Origin: Gammaproteobacteria bacterium
GTDB taxonomy: Bacteria; Pseudomonadota; Gammaproteobacteria; Tethybacterales; Persebacteraceae
NCBI GenBank assembly: GCA_965243565.1
Contig: OZ251571.1
Coordinates: 77,153-141,152 of the forward strand
Direction of reading: 5' to 3'
DNA length: 64,000 nucleotides
The first letter of the stretch is position 1; every line of letters starts with the position of its first letter. The position numbers and the translations under genes are program-made. Under the pieces are notes generated by a model. That model made no database searches and was not told the origin of the DNA. It worked only from the letters and a program-made list of their open reading frames with translations. This document shows positions 38,077 through 49,600 of the stretch, one piece after another.

Positions 38077-40678
38077 ATATCGATTAATTTATTATCACAA
38101 GCAAAAAAAACGTGGCTTTATTTTAGCACTACTATTGATTTTTGTCCTTATAACGTCGCTAGCGGGCAGTGTTATTGGCGATTTAAGTACTTTTCTTTTG
38201 CAAGAAAAACGCCATCGTTATCAAATAAGTAATAAGGCATTGGCAGAATCCGCTCATTTACTGCTAACACAAGCATTGATTCGTGCACAAACACCAATCG
38301 ATATTGAGCAAAATATTCGCCCTCGTATTTTAATGTTTCCTTGTCCTGATAATGTTGGAGATAAGAATTTAGATGGAGCACAAGATCCTACTTGCGGTGC
38401 CCATTCGGGAGTGATTAGCAATAAATCCAATGGCATTCTTAATTCAGGCAGTCGTTTCGGTCGTTTGCCTTGGCGGAGTCGTTTAACGATTGCCATTGAT
38501 AATGCGCAATTTCAAGATGGTATTGACAAAGACAGTCGTGATGGATGGAATAATCGATTATGGTACGCCGTTGCAAAAAATGTGGTACCGGCTTATCAAG
38601 AGAAGAACTACCCTTTAAATTTTCATCGTTTGATGACACTAAAAGAAGGTTGGCTGAGCTTGGTTAATGCACAGGGACGAACAGTTAGTCGTAAATCGGT
38701 AGCAGTCTTATTGGCACCGAATCAAATTAAACAGGCTTATCTCAATGAAAATGTCATATTAACTGAGGTGTTTGATCATCGAACGGATGTGCATCCACAA
38801 AATGGTCGGTTGACACCGACAAAATATTTTGAAGCGGTAACGCTAGGCAATAATCAAAACAGTGCTAATTATGATTATGATGGTAATTTTCTTACGATGT
38901 CTCCCACTGCCGATTTTAACGATTCGGTTTATTCGATTGAATTATCAGACTTGTTTCGCAAAAAATCTGCCTTTTTTCATAGCTATCAAAAACAAATGGG
39001 AATCAACAGTGTTCATAATGCACCCTTGGTTAATAGCCCACTTTCAAAGGTAAAACAGGCCCTTAGCGATTATTACACTTTATTTGATTTTTTCCCCACA
39101 CCTGCCAGTCAACACAATCCAGATCATTTGAATAATCGCACTGCCAATTGTGGGCGTTTTCATACGGGGGTGGTAGCCATAACGACTGAACTGATTAGTG
39201 GCACCCAACTACAAACGGTTGTTCCTTTAACCCTGTCTTATGATGGTAGTGGGTCATCTGGTTTTGTAACGGTTAGTATTTCAAAGCAAGATTTTTTATT
39301 AGGGCAACAATACCCAATGACGGTAATATCACAAATCATTTATAATGACGAAGTAAAAACGGTAACCGACATAACATTGGCACCTTATGGGCGGTTGCAG
39401 ATTAGTGTTGACAATCTTATACTGGCAAGTACCGTTGGTATGGTGAATCCATTACAAAAGAAGATTATTATTCCGGTCAATACAGCATTGCAACTGTATT
39501 CACCTGCTATTGCTACGGTCCCTGCTAACACGCCTTTGCATCCAGCAACAGATTTAATCGGGTGGTTAGGAGAAAAAGAGTCAGTAGAAAAACGAGCGGC
39601 AAATGATGGGGAGAAATTTAGAATGAATGCTGATACGCCAGGCTTGTTTTTATCAGATATGGTATTAACCATAAACGGTATTGCTCAGACTATTAATGCC
39701 GCCGATCCAATCAAATTTTTAGCAGGTGGCACGCTTGTTTTTGAAGAAAATTATAATCAATTACCTGTGCTGCCGCCTTTTTTGCTAACTAGAAATAGCC
39801 AAACGCTGACCGTTCGCGGTGCATTGCCCTTAGAATCAAACTACAATAAAAGGCAGTTGGCAGTATGGTTACAAAGCGACTTACGAAATAATAATAAGAC
39901 AGTAAAAGCACCTGCTGTTTTATATCCGTGGCGTGCAAAAACCAACACAAAAGCCGATTCACGTGATAATTTAGAGAATTATCCTACTTGTTTTAATTCA
40001 CGCAACTATTTTGATCGAAATTTTGCCCCATTTATTGAAGATCAAACCATTGTCTATGCTGTGTCCGAATCTTGTCATTACGGTAGTGCTGGTGTTAATT
40101 GCGGACAAAACACTGGGTTTACGGTTAGTGTCGCACAAGATGTAATGATTGCCTTGCCACAATCATTTAAGCTAACCCATACTTTTACAGCGACTATTGA
40201 AAACCAAGTAATCGAAGTTACAAATGGTGTGCTTGAGAATGCTGTTCATATAACGCTTGACAGAGATGCGTTAATGGCCGTGAAAGAAGACAATGAAACA
40301 TGGTTAGAAATATTATTGACTGCCAATACGGTTATGAGTGCTGGCGTTACCATAGTGCTACAGAAGGGAACAACGGTAAAAGCAGGCAGTCATACACAGT
40401 TTGTTGATGTTCCTGCGTTGTTAGCATATAGTCCGGCACCGCAAAAGCGAGTGCCTTGTACAATCGATATGCCTGATATTAATTACTATGCGGCGGTCAC
40501 AATGTCGCTGGCAAATCAAACGGCAGAAAGCGATGATATTACCGCCTTATGTTATTGGCTGGACAATGAAGAAAATGCCGATGGTGATGGGGTTTTTGTA
40601 ATCAACACTAACCAACAGCAACGGCCTATCTCATCGTCAAATGACTATTTTATTTTACTAGGCGGGCGTTTGCAATAA
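38057..40678 (+). CDS. Giant type IV prepilin/pseudopilin-like protein (873 aa)
   Basis: Basic leader KQKKRG|FILALLLIF; motifs FPCPD..DG..C, GRLPW, D.W.NRLWYAV, N.DG.F..FND, repeated in degenerate form in the C-terminal half. Confidence 0.7.
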   Translation: MLIQRFKYRLIYYHKQKKRGFILALLLIFVLITSLAGSVIGDLSTFLLQEKRHRYQISNKALAESAHLLLTQALIRAQTPIDIEQNIRPRILMFPCPDNVGDKNLDGAQDPTCGAHSGVISNKSNGILNSGSRFGRLPWRSRLTIAIDNAQFQDGIDKDSRDGWNNRLWYAVAKNVVPAYQEKNYPLNFHRLMTLKEGWLSLVNAQGRTVSRKSVAVLLAPNQIKQAYLNENVILTEVFDHRTDVHPQNGRLTPTKYFEAVTLGNNQNSANYDYDGNFLTMSPTADFNDSVYSIELSDLFRKKSAFFHSYQKQMGINSVHNAPLVNSPLSKVKQALSDYYTLFDFFPTPASQHNPDHLNNRTANCGRFHTGVVAITTELISGTQLQTVVPLTLSYDGSGSSGFVTVSISKQDFLLGQQYPMTVISQIIYNDEVKTVTDITLAPYGRLQISVDNLILASTVGMVNPLQKKIIIPVNTALQLYSPAIATVPANTPLHPATDLIGWLGEKESVEKRAANDGEKFRMNADTPGLFLSDMVLTINGIAQTINAADPIKFLAGGTLVFEENYNQLPVLPPFLLTRNSQTLTVRGALPLESNYNKRQLAVWLQSDLRNNNKTVKAPAVLYPWRAKTNTKADSRDNLENYPTCFNSRNYFDRNFAPFIEDQTIVYAVSESCHYGSAGVNCGQNTGFTVSVAQDVMIALPQSFKLTHTFTATIENQVIEVTNGVLENAVHITLDRDALMAVKEDNETWLEILLTANTVMSAGVTIVLQKGTTVKAGSHTQFVDVPALLAYSPAPQKRVPCTIDMPDINYYAAVTMSLANQTAESDDITALCYWLDNEENADGDGVFVINTNQQQRPISSSNDYFILLGGRLQ

Positions 40679-40718
40679 CAACGAGACTATTTTTTGCCTC
40701 AATTTTTATAGATAAATA

Positions 40719-40747
40719 TTGGCAAATATTATGATTTGCTTTATACT
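40719..40747 (+). promoter_or_regulatory. Sigma70 promoter of atpIBEFHA
   Basis: TTGGCA-17-TATACT. Confidence 0.6.
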
Positions 40748-40798
40748 AATGGTTTAGAGAAGACTACTTTAAGAAAATTTATATTCACCTTTATATTC

Positions 40799-41218
40799 AT
40801 GCAAAATAACACCAATAGTGAGAGCGAAAAAGCACAAAAACGGCTGTCCGTTTTTTGGCATAACGCTTTGATTTTATGTGCTCTTATTAGTGCAATTGTG
40901 CTTTCAAGTACAGTTGCTGTACTTAATTTAGGGCTTGCGGGTTTGTTGTCTTGTTTTTTGCCTGCTATTGCCTTATTTTTTATTCAACAAATCGTCTTTT
41001 ATTATTATTTATCGTTTACTGAATCGACGAGGCGTTTGCGTTTGTGGTTTTTAAAATTATCCACAACCATACTTGCCTTAACCATCATTGCTCGTTTTTT
41101 ATCTGAATTCAACCTCTTGGTTTCCGAACTGTACATCGCTGGTGTTGTAGTAGGCGTTTTACTTAATATACTTGGAGCCGTACGTTTTTCAAGTCAATTA
41201 TCTGTTAGAGGCTTATAA
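40799..41218 (+). CDS. atpI: ATP synthase protein I-like membrane protein
   Basis: About four TM segments directly before atpB; divergent sequence; ATG 40799 lies downstream of the promoter. Confidence 0.65.
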   Translation: MQNNTNSESEKAQKRLSVFWHNALILCALISAIVLSSTVAVLNLGLAGLLSCFLPAIALFFIQQIVFYYYLSFTESTRRLRLWFLKLSTTILALTIIARFLSEFNLLVSELYIAGVVVGVLLNILGAVRFSSQLSVRGL

Positions 41219-41221
41219 ATA

Positions 41222-42034
41222 ATGGCATCAACACCGTGGCCTAGCAATGTTAGTGAGTATATCAATGGTCACTTGGGGCGTTATACCCTTGGTGAAGTCG
41301 GTGACGGTCCAACGACGTGGGGTCTGCATTTAGACACTTTGTTAATGTCATGGTTATTGGCGGCAATCCCGTTTTATTATTTATACAAAGTCGCGACTAC
41401 AGCATCGGCGACTACACCTGGGAAATTACAGATATTTTTTGAATTGCTTGTCGGCTTTTTTGACAAACAAACCAGAGATTTATTTCCCAATGCGCCTCCT
41501 ATTATAGGTCCTTTGGCGGTTACCATCTTTGTATGGGTGGTGATGATGAATACAATGGATGTGCTGCCTGTTGATTTATTGGCGTCAACAGGATATTTAC
41601 TAACAGGTTCAGTCCCTCACTTTAAGCTGCTACCAACTGCTGATTTAAGCTTAACGTTGGCTTTGGCGTTGTCAATATTTATCATGACCATTTACTATAG
41701 TTTTAAAGTCAAAGGTGTGGGTGGTTTTTTATATGAGATTATGTCGGTTCCATTTGGAATTTGGCTAATGCCGATTAATGTTTTATTACGCGTAGTAGAA
41801 GAAGTGGCAAAGCCATTGTCATTGTCTATGCGGTTGTTTGGTAATCTTTTTGCTGCCGAGATGATATTTTTGCTTATTGCAGCCATATCGTTTGCGTTCG
41901 GCGGTGCCTTTTTAGGGCAATGGATATTTGGCGGACCTTGGGCTATTTATCATATACTGGTCATTCCATTACAGGCCTATCTTTTTGCGACACTTGCCGT
42001 GGTTTATTTGGCGATGTCACACGAAAAACACTAA
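41222..42034 (+). CDS. atpB: ATP synthase F0 subunit a
   Basis: YI..HL, MNTMD..PVD, PTAD, KPLSLSMRLFGN, LQAY. Confidence 0.96.
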   Translation: MASTPWPSNVSEYINGHLGRYTLGEVGDGPTTWGLHLDTLLMSWLLAAIPFYYLYKVATTASATTPGKLQIFFELLVGFFDKQTRDLFPNAPPIIGPLAVTIFVWVVMMNTMDVLPVDLLASTGYLLTGSVPHFKLLPTADLSLTLALALSIFIMTIYYSFKVKGVGGFLYEIMSVPFGIWLMPINVLLRVVEEVAKPLSLSMRLFGNLFAAEMIFLLIAAISFAFGGAFLGQWIFGGPWAIYHILVIPLQAYLFATLAVVYLAMSHEKH

Positions 42035-42061
42035 TCTACTTATTACAGGAGAAAAACAACT

Positions 42062-42358
42062 ATGAGAGCAATGTTTAAATTTTTATTACTCGCTGTCGCA
42101 TTAACAGCAGCCCCCGCCGCATTCGCAGCCGATGGCGGTGAGTCGATTAACAAAGGGTTGGCAGCTATTGGTGCAGGTCTTGCTGGTTTGGGCGCAGCCG
42201 TTGGTATTGGTATTTTGGCAGGACGTTTGTTAGAAGCCATTTCTAGACAACCTGAGTTAGAAGGAAAACTTATGGGACGTTTCTTTTTGACAGTAGGTTT
42301 GACCGATGCGGTGCCAATTATTGCTATTGCATTGTCTTTGGTTGTTCTTTTTGGCTAA
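42062..42358 (+). CDS. atpE: ATP synthase F0 subunit c with N-terminal extension
   Basis: Gly-rich inner helix, RQPE loop, ion-binding Asp in GLTDAVP; CAGGAG SD. Confidence 0.96.
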   Translation: MRAMFKFLLLAVALTAAPAAFAADGGESINKGLAAIGAGLAGLGAAVGIGILAGRLLEAISRQPELEGKLMGRFFLTVGLTDAVPIIAIALSLVVLFG

Positions 42359-42362
42359 AAAG

Positions 42363-42899
42363 ATGAAAAAACTTTTATTCCTTATTTTGCTTATCGCACC
42401 TAGCTTGGCTCATGCTGGAGAGCTAAAGTTACTTAGTTTCACCACACTTATTGGTGAGATGATAACTTTTGCTATTTTGGTTTGGGTAATGTTCAAGTTC
42501 GTCTGGCCTCCTTTAATGGGAGCGATTGAAACACGGCAAAAAGAAATTGCCGACGGTTTGGCTGCTGGTGAACAGGGTCGTCGTGAACTAGAAGATGCCG
42601 ATAAAGAAAAAGCAACCCTATTGCAAACCGCACGACAGCAAGGCAGTAGCCTTGTGTCCGATGCAGAGCAACGCCGGGTGAGCATTATCGAAGCCGCTAA
42701 GCAAGAAGCAGAAACTGAAAAAGCACGCATTATTGAACAGGGACATCGCGAACTAGAAGCAGATCGGATAAGTATGAATCGAGAGATGCAAGGCAAGCTA
42801 GGCGATTTGGTGATAGCAGGTGCGTCACAGATTCTTCAACGTGAAGTTGATGCGAAATTGCATAATGACATTATTGATTCTTTAAAGAAAGATATTTAA
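42363..42899 (+). CDS. atpF: ATP synthase F0 subunit b with N-terminal extension
   Basis: TLIGEMITFAILVW..KFVWPPL..RQKEIADGL. Confidence 0.95.
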   Translation: MKKLLFLILLIAPSLAHAGELKLLSFTTLIGEMITFAILVWVMFKFVWPPLMGAIETRQKEIADGLAAGEQGRRELEDADKEKATLLQTARQQGSSLVSDAEQRRVSIIEAAKQEAETEKARIIEQGHRELEADRISMNREMQGKLGDLVIAGASQILQREVDAKLHNDIIDSLKKDI

Positions 42900-42905
42900 T
42901 AACGA

Positions 42906-43427
42906 ATGTCTAGCGTTGCTGTTTCTCGTCCTTATGCGGCTGCTGCCTTTGCAATAGCCGAGCAAGACAATACAATTGAACACTGGGAAACAATGTTAAC
43001 CGAAATGGCAAAAGTTGTTACTGCTGCAGAAGAAGCCGCTCGCAGTGGTAAGATGATAGCCGATGTTGACGTCGCCAATATTATTCTTGAAATGCTGACG
43101 AAAGACATGACTGATAATGAAAAGAATTTCTTGCAGGTTTTAGTCGAAAACAAACGTGTTTTTGTTCTTCCTGCGATTGTTGAGCGTTTTCAACAATTGC
43201 ATATGGCAGCACAAGAAATAGTGTTTGTAAGAGTTGAGTCTGCGATGCCAATTAGTGATGTGTCGGCATTTGAGAAGTTTTTAGAAAAAAAAGTGAATAA
43301 AAAAGTAGAAGTGTCGTTTGAAGAAAATGCTTCTTTATTAGGTGGCGTTAGAATTTACATTAACGACGATGTTATTGATGCAAGTATTGCTGGCCGATTA
43401 AAACAATTGAGTACAGCACTTGGATAA
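42906..43427 (+). CDS. atpH: ATP synthase F1 delta subunit
   Basis: RPYA.A.F, NFL.VL.ENKR, LLGG, D.VIDASI. Confidence 0.94.
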   Translation: MSSVAVSRPYAAAAFAIAEQDNTIEHWETMLTEMAKVVTAAEEAARSGKMIADVDVANIILEMLTKDMTDNEKNFLQVLVENKRVFVLPAIVERFQQLHMAAQEIVFVRVESAMPISDVSAFEKFLEKKVNKKVEVSFEENASLLGGVRIYINDDVIDASIAGRLKQLSTALG

Positions 43428-43457
43428 TTTATATATTTATTTGTTTGGGAGAAAAAA

Positions 43458-44999
43458 ATGAAGCAACTTAGTCCAGCAGAGATTAGCGAAGTCATAAAAA
43501 CCAAAATAGGCAATACCAATCTTGATGCAGAGACACGCAACGAAGGAACGGTATTATCGGTTAATGATGGTATTGTCCGTGTTCATGGATTGTCCAACGT
43601 TCAGCAGGGTGAAATGCTAACGTTTGAAGGTGGTGAAAGTGGACTAGCACTTAACCTAGAAAGAGATTCAGTCGGTGTGGTTGTTCTCGGTCCTTATGAA
43701 GACATCAGCGAAGGTCATCGCGTCAGCTGTACAGGGCGGGTTTTAGAAGTCCCTGTTGGTGAGGCTTTGATGGGTCGTGTGGTCGATGCATTGGGCAACC
43801 CCATTGATGGAAAAGGCAATATTGAAGCGACGAGAAAAGAGCCTATTGAAAAAATTGCACCAGGCGTTATTTGGCGTCAATCGGTTAATCAACCCCTACA
43901 AATCGGTTTAAAAGCCATTGATACAATGGTGCCTATTGGACGCGGTCAGCGTGAGTTAATTATTGGCGATAGACAAACCGGGAAAACGGCGATTGCTGTT
44001 GATGCTATTATTAACCAAAAAGGACAAAATTGTACTTGTGTTTATGTAGCCATTGGTCAAAAAGCAGCATCTGTTGCTGCGGTGGTTCGAAAACTAGAAG
44101 AACATGATGCAATGAAACATACCATTGTTGTTTCGGCAACGGCATCGGACTCGGCTGCTATACAATACATCGCACCTTATTCAGGTTGTACGATGGCAGA
44201 GTATTTTCGTGATAAAGGTCAAGATGCTCTTATTATTTATGACGATTTAACCAAACAAGCATGGGCTTATCGACAAATTTCTTTGTTGTTGCGCCGTCCT
44301 CCAGGACGTGAGGCTTATCCGGGTGATGTCTTTTACTTGCATTCTCGTTTGTTAGAGCGTGCTGCGCGTGTTAACCCCGCTTATATTGAACGCGCAACCA
44401 ACGGAGCAGTTAAAGGCAAAACAGGATCATTGACTGCATTGCCAGTGATTGAAACACAGGCAGGTGACGTGACAGCATTCGTTCCAACCAATGTAATTTC
44501 TATTACAGACGGACAAATATTCTTAGAAACAGATTTGTTTAATGCAGGTGTTCGTCCAGCGATGAATGCAGGGCTTAGTGTTTCTCGAGTAGGTGGTGCC
44601 GCTCAGACTAAAATAATTAAAAAATTGGGTGGTGGTGTACGTTTGGCATTGGCACAATACCGTGAGTTAGCAGCTTTTGCTCAATTTGCCAGTGACTTGG
44701 ATGATGCAACGCGTAAGCAATTAGACAAAGGACGAATGGTAACAGAGCTAATGAAACAAGCTCAATATACGCCTTTATCGGTTTCGCAGTTGGGGCTAAC
44801 GTTATATGCCATCGAAAAAGATTATTTTGAATCAGTCAACGTAGAAGACGCATTAAAGACAGAAGCAGAAATGCAGAGTTACTTTAAAACAAAATATGCC
44901 GATGTCATGTCAAAACTCGAGGAAAATCTTGAATTAAACGATGAGAATGAAAGCGTAATGAAAAAAGGGTTGGAAGAGTTTTTTGCAACGCTTATCTGA
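43458..44999 (+). CDS. atpA: ATP synthase F1 alpha subunit
   Basis: [31 protein letters not shown]. Confidence 0.99.
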   Translation: MKQLSPAEISEVIKTKIGNTNLDAETRNEGTVLSVNDGIVRVHGLSNVQQGEMLTFEGGESGLALNLERDSVGVVVLGPYEDISEGHRVSCTGRVLEVPVGEALMGRVVDALGNPIDGKGNIEATRKEPIEKIAPGVIWRQSVNQPLQIGLKAIDTMVPIGRGQRELIIGDRQTGKTAIAVDAIINQKGQNCTCVYVAIGQKAASVAAVVRKLEEHDAMKHTIVVSATASDSAAIQYIAPYSGCTMAEYFRDKGQDALIIYDDLTKQAWAYRQISLLLRRPPGREAYPGDVFYLHSRLLERAARVNPAYIERATNGAVKGKTGSLTALPVIETQAGDVTAFVPTNVISITDGQIFLETDLFNAGVRPAMNAGLSVSRVGGAAQTKIIKKLGGGVRLALAQYRELAAFAQFASDLDDATRKQLDKGRMVTELMKQAQYTPLSVSQLGLTLYAIEKDYFESVNVEDALKTEAEMQSYFKTKYADVMSKLEENLELNDENESVMKKGLEEFFATLI

Positions 45000-45027
45000 T
45001 TCTAAAATCTAACATGTCATTATTGAC

Positions 45028-45378
45028 ATGAGTTTTATTGTTACCAAATATTTGTTGACTGCGGCACTAGTCGTTTTAATTTCCGAAGTTGCAAAGCGAA
45101 GCGATAAGCTGGGCGCTTTAATATCATCATTGCCACTGGTTACATTGCTTGTATTAATGTGGCTGTTTGTTGAAAAAGTGCCACAAGAAAAAATAGGCAA
45201 TCACGCTTGGTACACTTTTTGGTATGTTTTGCCAACGCTACCGATGTTTGCTTTGTTTCCTTATTTCATATCAAAATATGGTTTTGGTATAACGATGTTA
45301 ATTTCACTTGTTCTATCCATTAGTTGTTTTATTGTTCTTGCGCTGATTGTTCGCCGCTGGGGTATAGAATTATTTTAA
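45028..45378 (+). CDS. DUF3147-like membrane protein
   Basis: KYLLTAALVVLISEVAKRS..GALI.SLPL..TFWYVLPTLPMF. Confidence 0.75.
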   Translation: MSFIVTKYLLTAALVVLISEVAKRSDKLGALISSLPLVTLLVLMWLFVEKVPQEKIGNHAWYTFWYVLPTLPMFALFPYFISKYGFGITMLISLVLSISCFIVLALIVRRWGIELF

Positions 45379-45379
45379 T

Positions 45380-46621
45380 ATGGGCGTGTTTATTCGGTCA
45401 TTCATTATCATTGTCATCCTTATGGGTGTATCGTACTTTGCATTTAATAAAGCCAAAGAATCGCAAGTTCCCCCAAAGGTAGAAAAAAAAGAAGAAGCAA
45501 TCATCCCTGTTCGTCAATTTTTTCCTGTAATAAAAGACAGAAGTCCGCTGGTATTTTCAATTGGTACTATAGAAGCATTGGACTATACTATTTTGTCATC
45601 ACCAATTGAAGCCGATGTGGTCAAGGTATTTGTTCGTGAAGGCTATAGGTTTGCAAAAGGGCAGTCATTGCTTGCCTATGATTTGCGTTCCCAAAAATAT
45701 GATGTTCAAGCGCAAGAGGCCGGCATTGATGAATTGCGCACCCAAGCGAGTTCAATTAATTTGAATGAAAAAAACGATACCAAACGCTTACAAGAGATGG
45801 AGCGATTAATTGATTTGGCAGAAAAAGAGTTTAAACGAAACCAAACGCTGCTTGAAAAAAAAGTTGTTCCGTTGTCCACTTTGGAAAAAGTCGAACGTGC
45901 GTTAGTGCAAATTCGTTTGGAATACAGTAGTCTTAAATCAAAAATTGATGATTATGCGACTCAACGTAAACGCTTACAAGCACAGATAGAAACCGCATTG
46001 GTACGGTTGCAACAGTCAAAATTAATAATAGAAAAAGCCGACATCAAAGTTCCTTTTTCTGGACGAGTGGTTCGTGTACATGCGTCGGTGGGTGAGCGAA
46101 TGGGGCGAGGCACACCCTTGTTTGATGTGTTTGATCCTTCAAAATTACGCCTACGTGTGGCATTGCCGCAACGTTATAGTGAGTTGTTTAGTAGTAAACA
46201 ATCTATTACCGCCAAACTCATTAATGGAAAAAGAACAATGACCTTATCGCTAATAGGCGTGAATCCACAGATTGAGGCTGGCAATAGCAGTATTGATACT
46301 TATTTTTCTTTGCCTGACGGTAATTGGATTTTAGGTTCGGTGTGGGATGTTGTTATAAATTTACCTAAAATAAAAGCAATTGCGGTATCGGCAGATGCGG
46401 TTTATAACGATGATTATGTTTATCGGATTGATGAAGAAGATAGAGTTTATGAAGAAAAATGTCAACGTCTAGGGGTAACTGATCTATCAGATTCGATAGG
46501 TGTTTTGTTGGATTGCCCATCGCTTGAAGACAACACGTCTTTAATTGCCGACCAACTTCCCAGTTTGTTTAATGGGGTTAAAGTAAGTGTTATAGAAACG
46601 GTTAATACCGAAGCAGAATAA
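45380..46621 (+). CDS. RND efflux periplasmic adaptor subunit
   Basis: N-terminal anchor, lipoyl half-motifs (V.EG..KGQ.L; I.VPFSGRV..GE), coiled coil; abuts the RND gene. Confidence 0.88.
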   Translation: MGVFIRSFIIIVILMGVSYFAFNKAKESQVPPKVEKKEEAIIPVRQFFPVIKDRSPLVFSIGTIEALDYTILSSPIEADVVKVFVREGYRFAKGQSLLAYDLRSQKYDVQAQEAGIDELRTQASSINLNEKNDTKRLQEMERLIDLAEKEFKRNQTLLEKKVVPLSTLEKVERALVQIRLEYSSLKSKIDDYATQRKRLQAQIETALVRLQQSKLIIEKADIKVPFSGRVVRVHASVGERMGRGTPLFDVFDPSKLRLRVALPQRYSELFSSKQSITAKLINGKRTMTLSLIGVNPQIEAGNSSIDTYFSLPDGNWILGSVWDVVINLPKIKAIAVSADAVYNDDYVYRIDEEDRVYEEKCQRLGVTDLSDSIGVLLDCPSLEDNTSLIADQLPSLFNGVKVSVIETVNTEAE

Positions 46622-49600
46622 ATGAGATCATTGATAGCGGTATTTGCCGGCCATCGTGTAGCACCTAATTTACTTATGCTGCTAATGATTATTAGTGGTT
46701 TTTTTGTTTTAGGTCGTCTCGAAATTCGCTTTTTTCCTGAATTTAGCGAGCAAACTATTCAAGTAACAGTACCTTGGCCCGGCGCATCTGCCGCCAATGT
46801 GAATGAATCCTTATTAACGCCACTTGAAAATGAGTTGCGTAATATTTCGGATATCAAGGAAATGCAATCGTTTGCTACAGATGGTGTGGGCATCGTTTAT
46901 TTGCAATTTCCAGATAATATTGAACTTGAAGATGCCATGGATGAAGTGCGGCGTTATCTTGATTTGGCTAAGGCAAGTCTTCCTGCTGATAGTGAAGAGC
47001 CCGAAACAAAAAATTTGGTATTTGATGACGAAATAATGCGATTATCACTGACAGGACATTCGCTAAAAGACATAAGAAAAATAGCCCGACAAATAGAGAA
47101 TGAGTTATTGGCATTGGGCGATATTCGTATTGACGTTAGTGGTCTGTATGAAGAAGCAATCGAAATCCGTTTACAAAAACAACGCTTGTCTGAGTTGGAT
47201 TTAACGCCTTCTGAAATCGGGCAACAAATAAGAGCACAAAATTTAAATGTAACCGCTGGTGATATTGATAGCAGTGGTGCTGTCAGCCGTTTGATTCGTT
47301 CTCTATCAAAAAAAGAAAAAATCAGCGAGTTGTCTGATATATTAATTTTAAACAAAGCAGGCAATGTCATACGTCTGGGTGATATTGCCGACTTGCAACG
47401 GGTGCCAAGAGCTGATGTTACAGAAATTACATTTAATGGGCAGCCTGCTGTCCAATTTAATATTACGCGCCGTTCGGGTGGCAATGCGATAGAAGGTGGA
47501 AACAAAGTTAACGAATGGCTTCGTCAAAAGCAACAAATTTTACCGACGGGGTTTAAACTACACCCTCACAAAGAAGAATGGCGTTTAATAGAATCACGAT
47601 TAAACCTGTTAATAGTAAATGGTGCCCAAGGTTTGATTATTGTACTTATTTTTTTATTTTTATTTTTAAACTGGCGTTTGGCGTTTTGGATTGGGATGGG
47701 GATTCCAACGGTATTTATGGTTTCATTGGGTGTATTGTATTTGCTTGGTGGTTCCATTGATATGCTGACTTTGTTTGCTTTTATTATGACAATGGGCATT
47801 GTGGTCGATGATGCCATTGTGGTGGGCGAAAATGCAATCTATCATTTACAACAGGGAAAACCGCCGATGCAATCTGCTGTTGATGGGGCACATGAAATGT
47901 TTTCTTCTGTCTTTTCTTCTACCTTTACCACGATTTCATCATTCATGCCGTTAATGATTGTAGGCGGACCAATTGGTTCCATTTTATTTGTCATACCTTT
48001 GGTTGTAATTTGTGTGCTCTTATCGGCGTTATTTGAGTGTTTTGTGGTGTTGCCTGGGCATTTGGCTGGCTCGTTTAAAAAGATTAATCAAAAAAAAGAT
48101 CGCCCGCCTTTAATTCCCATTCGACAAAGTATCGATAAAGCGTTTGAATGGTTTCAAGAAACGGTGTTTCGCCGTGTGGTGATTTTGGTTTTGCGTTATC
48201 GTTGGGTTACTATTTTTTCATCATTTGTCATGTTATTGCTGTCGATTACGCTATTTATTGGGGGGCAGGTTAAATTTAGATTTTTCCCCGGTGCAGAGTT
48301 AAACCGAATTCAAGTGCAGGCTCGGTTTATTGCAGGAACGCCTAGAAGCGTAGTAGAAGCCTATGTGCAAGACTTAGAACAAAGCATGCATCAAGTAATG
48401 GCAGAGTATGAGGAGGAGGTTTTACTCTATTATTCGACATATTTGGGGCGTGGCGCGTTATTGGATGGTATTACAGTTGATGGGTTTGGCGATGAAATTG
48501 CTTCTATGTATGTTGAATTAACGGAGGGCGATAAACGTCAAGCAAAAATAGATGATATTGTTAAAAAATGGAACGATACCGCGCCCCGGTCAGTTTATTT
48601 GGAAAATTTAATCATACGTGCCGAATCAGGGGGACCGCCGGGAGAAGATTTGCAAGTTCAATTTATAGGAGACAATCCACAGATATTAAAAGAAGTTGCC
48701 AACTCATTTAAAACCAGTCTGTTAAATATTCCGGGTGTCTCTCGTCCTAAAGATGATATTCCTTTAGGGAAAAAACAATTGATTTTTGATCTGACTCCAC
48801 AGGGACACGCATTAAATTTATCGATTAATGACATTGCCACTCAAATACGCCACGCATTTGATGGATATGAGGTGCAAACTTTTTATCAAGGTGTGGATGA
48901 AGTAGAGGTGTTGGTTAAACTCGATTATAAAGATATTGTCGAAGGTTTGACGGGCTTTAATGTTCGTTTACCCAATGGAAAAACGGCATTATTGAGTGAT
49001 GTGGTAAATTTATCCAATGCGCAAGGCTATGACAGAATACAAAAAATAAACGGTAGTTTAATCGTTAATGTCAGTGGTGATATTGATTTTTCCGAGACGG
49101 ATGTGGCAACGGTTATTCGCCAATTAAATGCCGATGTTCTGCCACAAATCGTTAATCAATATGGAGTGCGTTATTCTTATGCGGGGGCACAAAAAGACGA
49201 AAAAGAAACGTTTCAAGATATGGTGACAGGTTTGATGATTGCGGGGTTGTTAATTTTTGTTATTTTATGCGCGGTGTTTTCTTCGTGGACATTACCGGTG
49301 GTTATTATCTTAACAGCACCGTTGGGGATTATCGGTGCTATTATAGGGCATTGGATAATGGACGAAGAAATGTCAATTTTATCGATGTTTGGAATCTTTA
49401 CATTAAGTGGGATAGTCATAAATGATTCGATTGTTTTAGTTCGTGATTATCTTAATCGTCAGATAAAATCAGGGTTAGAGGATTCACAACGCCATATTGT
49501 CGATTCGGTATGTCGTCGATTTCGTGCTATCTTGCTAACGACTCTAACGACTATAGGTGGATTAATTCCATTAATGTTCGAGACATCAACACAGGCAAAA

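Noticed and set aside
46954-47505. 183-aa antisense ORF and the many other 60-140-aa shadow ORFs in the track
   Set aside because: They lie opposite or inside well-identified genes, have no recognisable motifs, and fit antisense codon bias.
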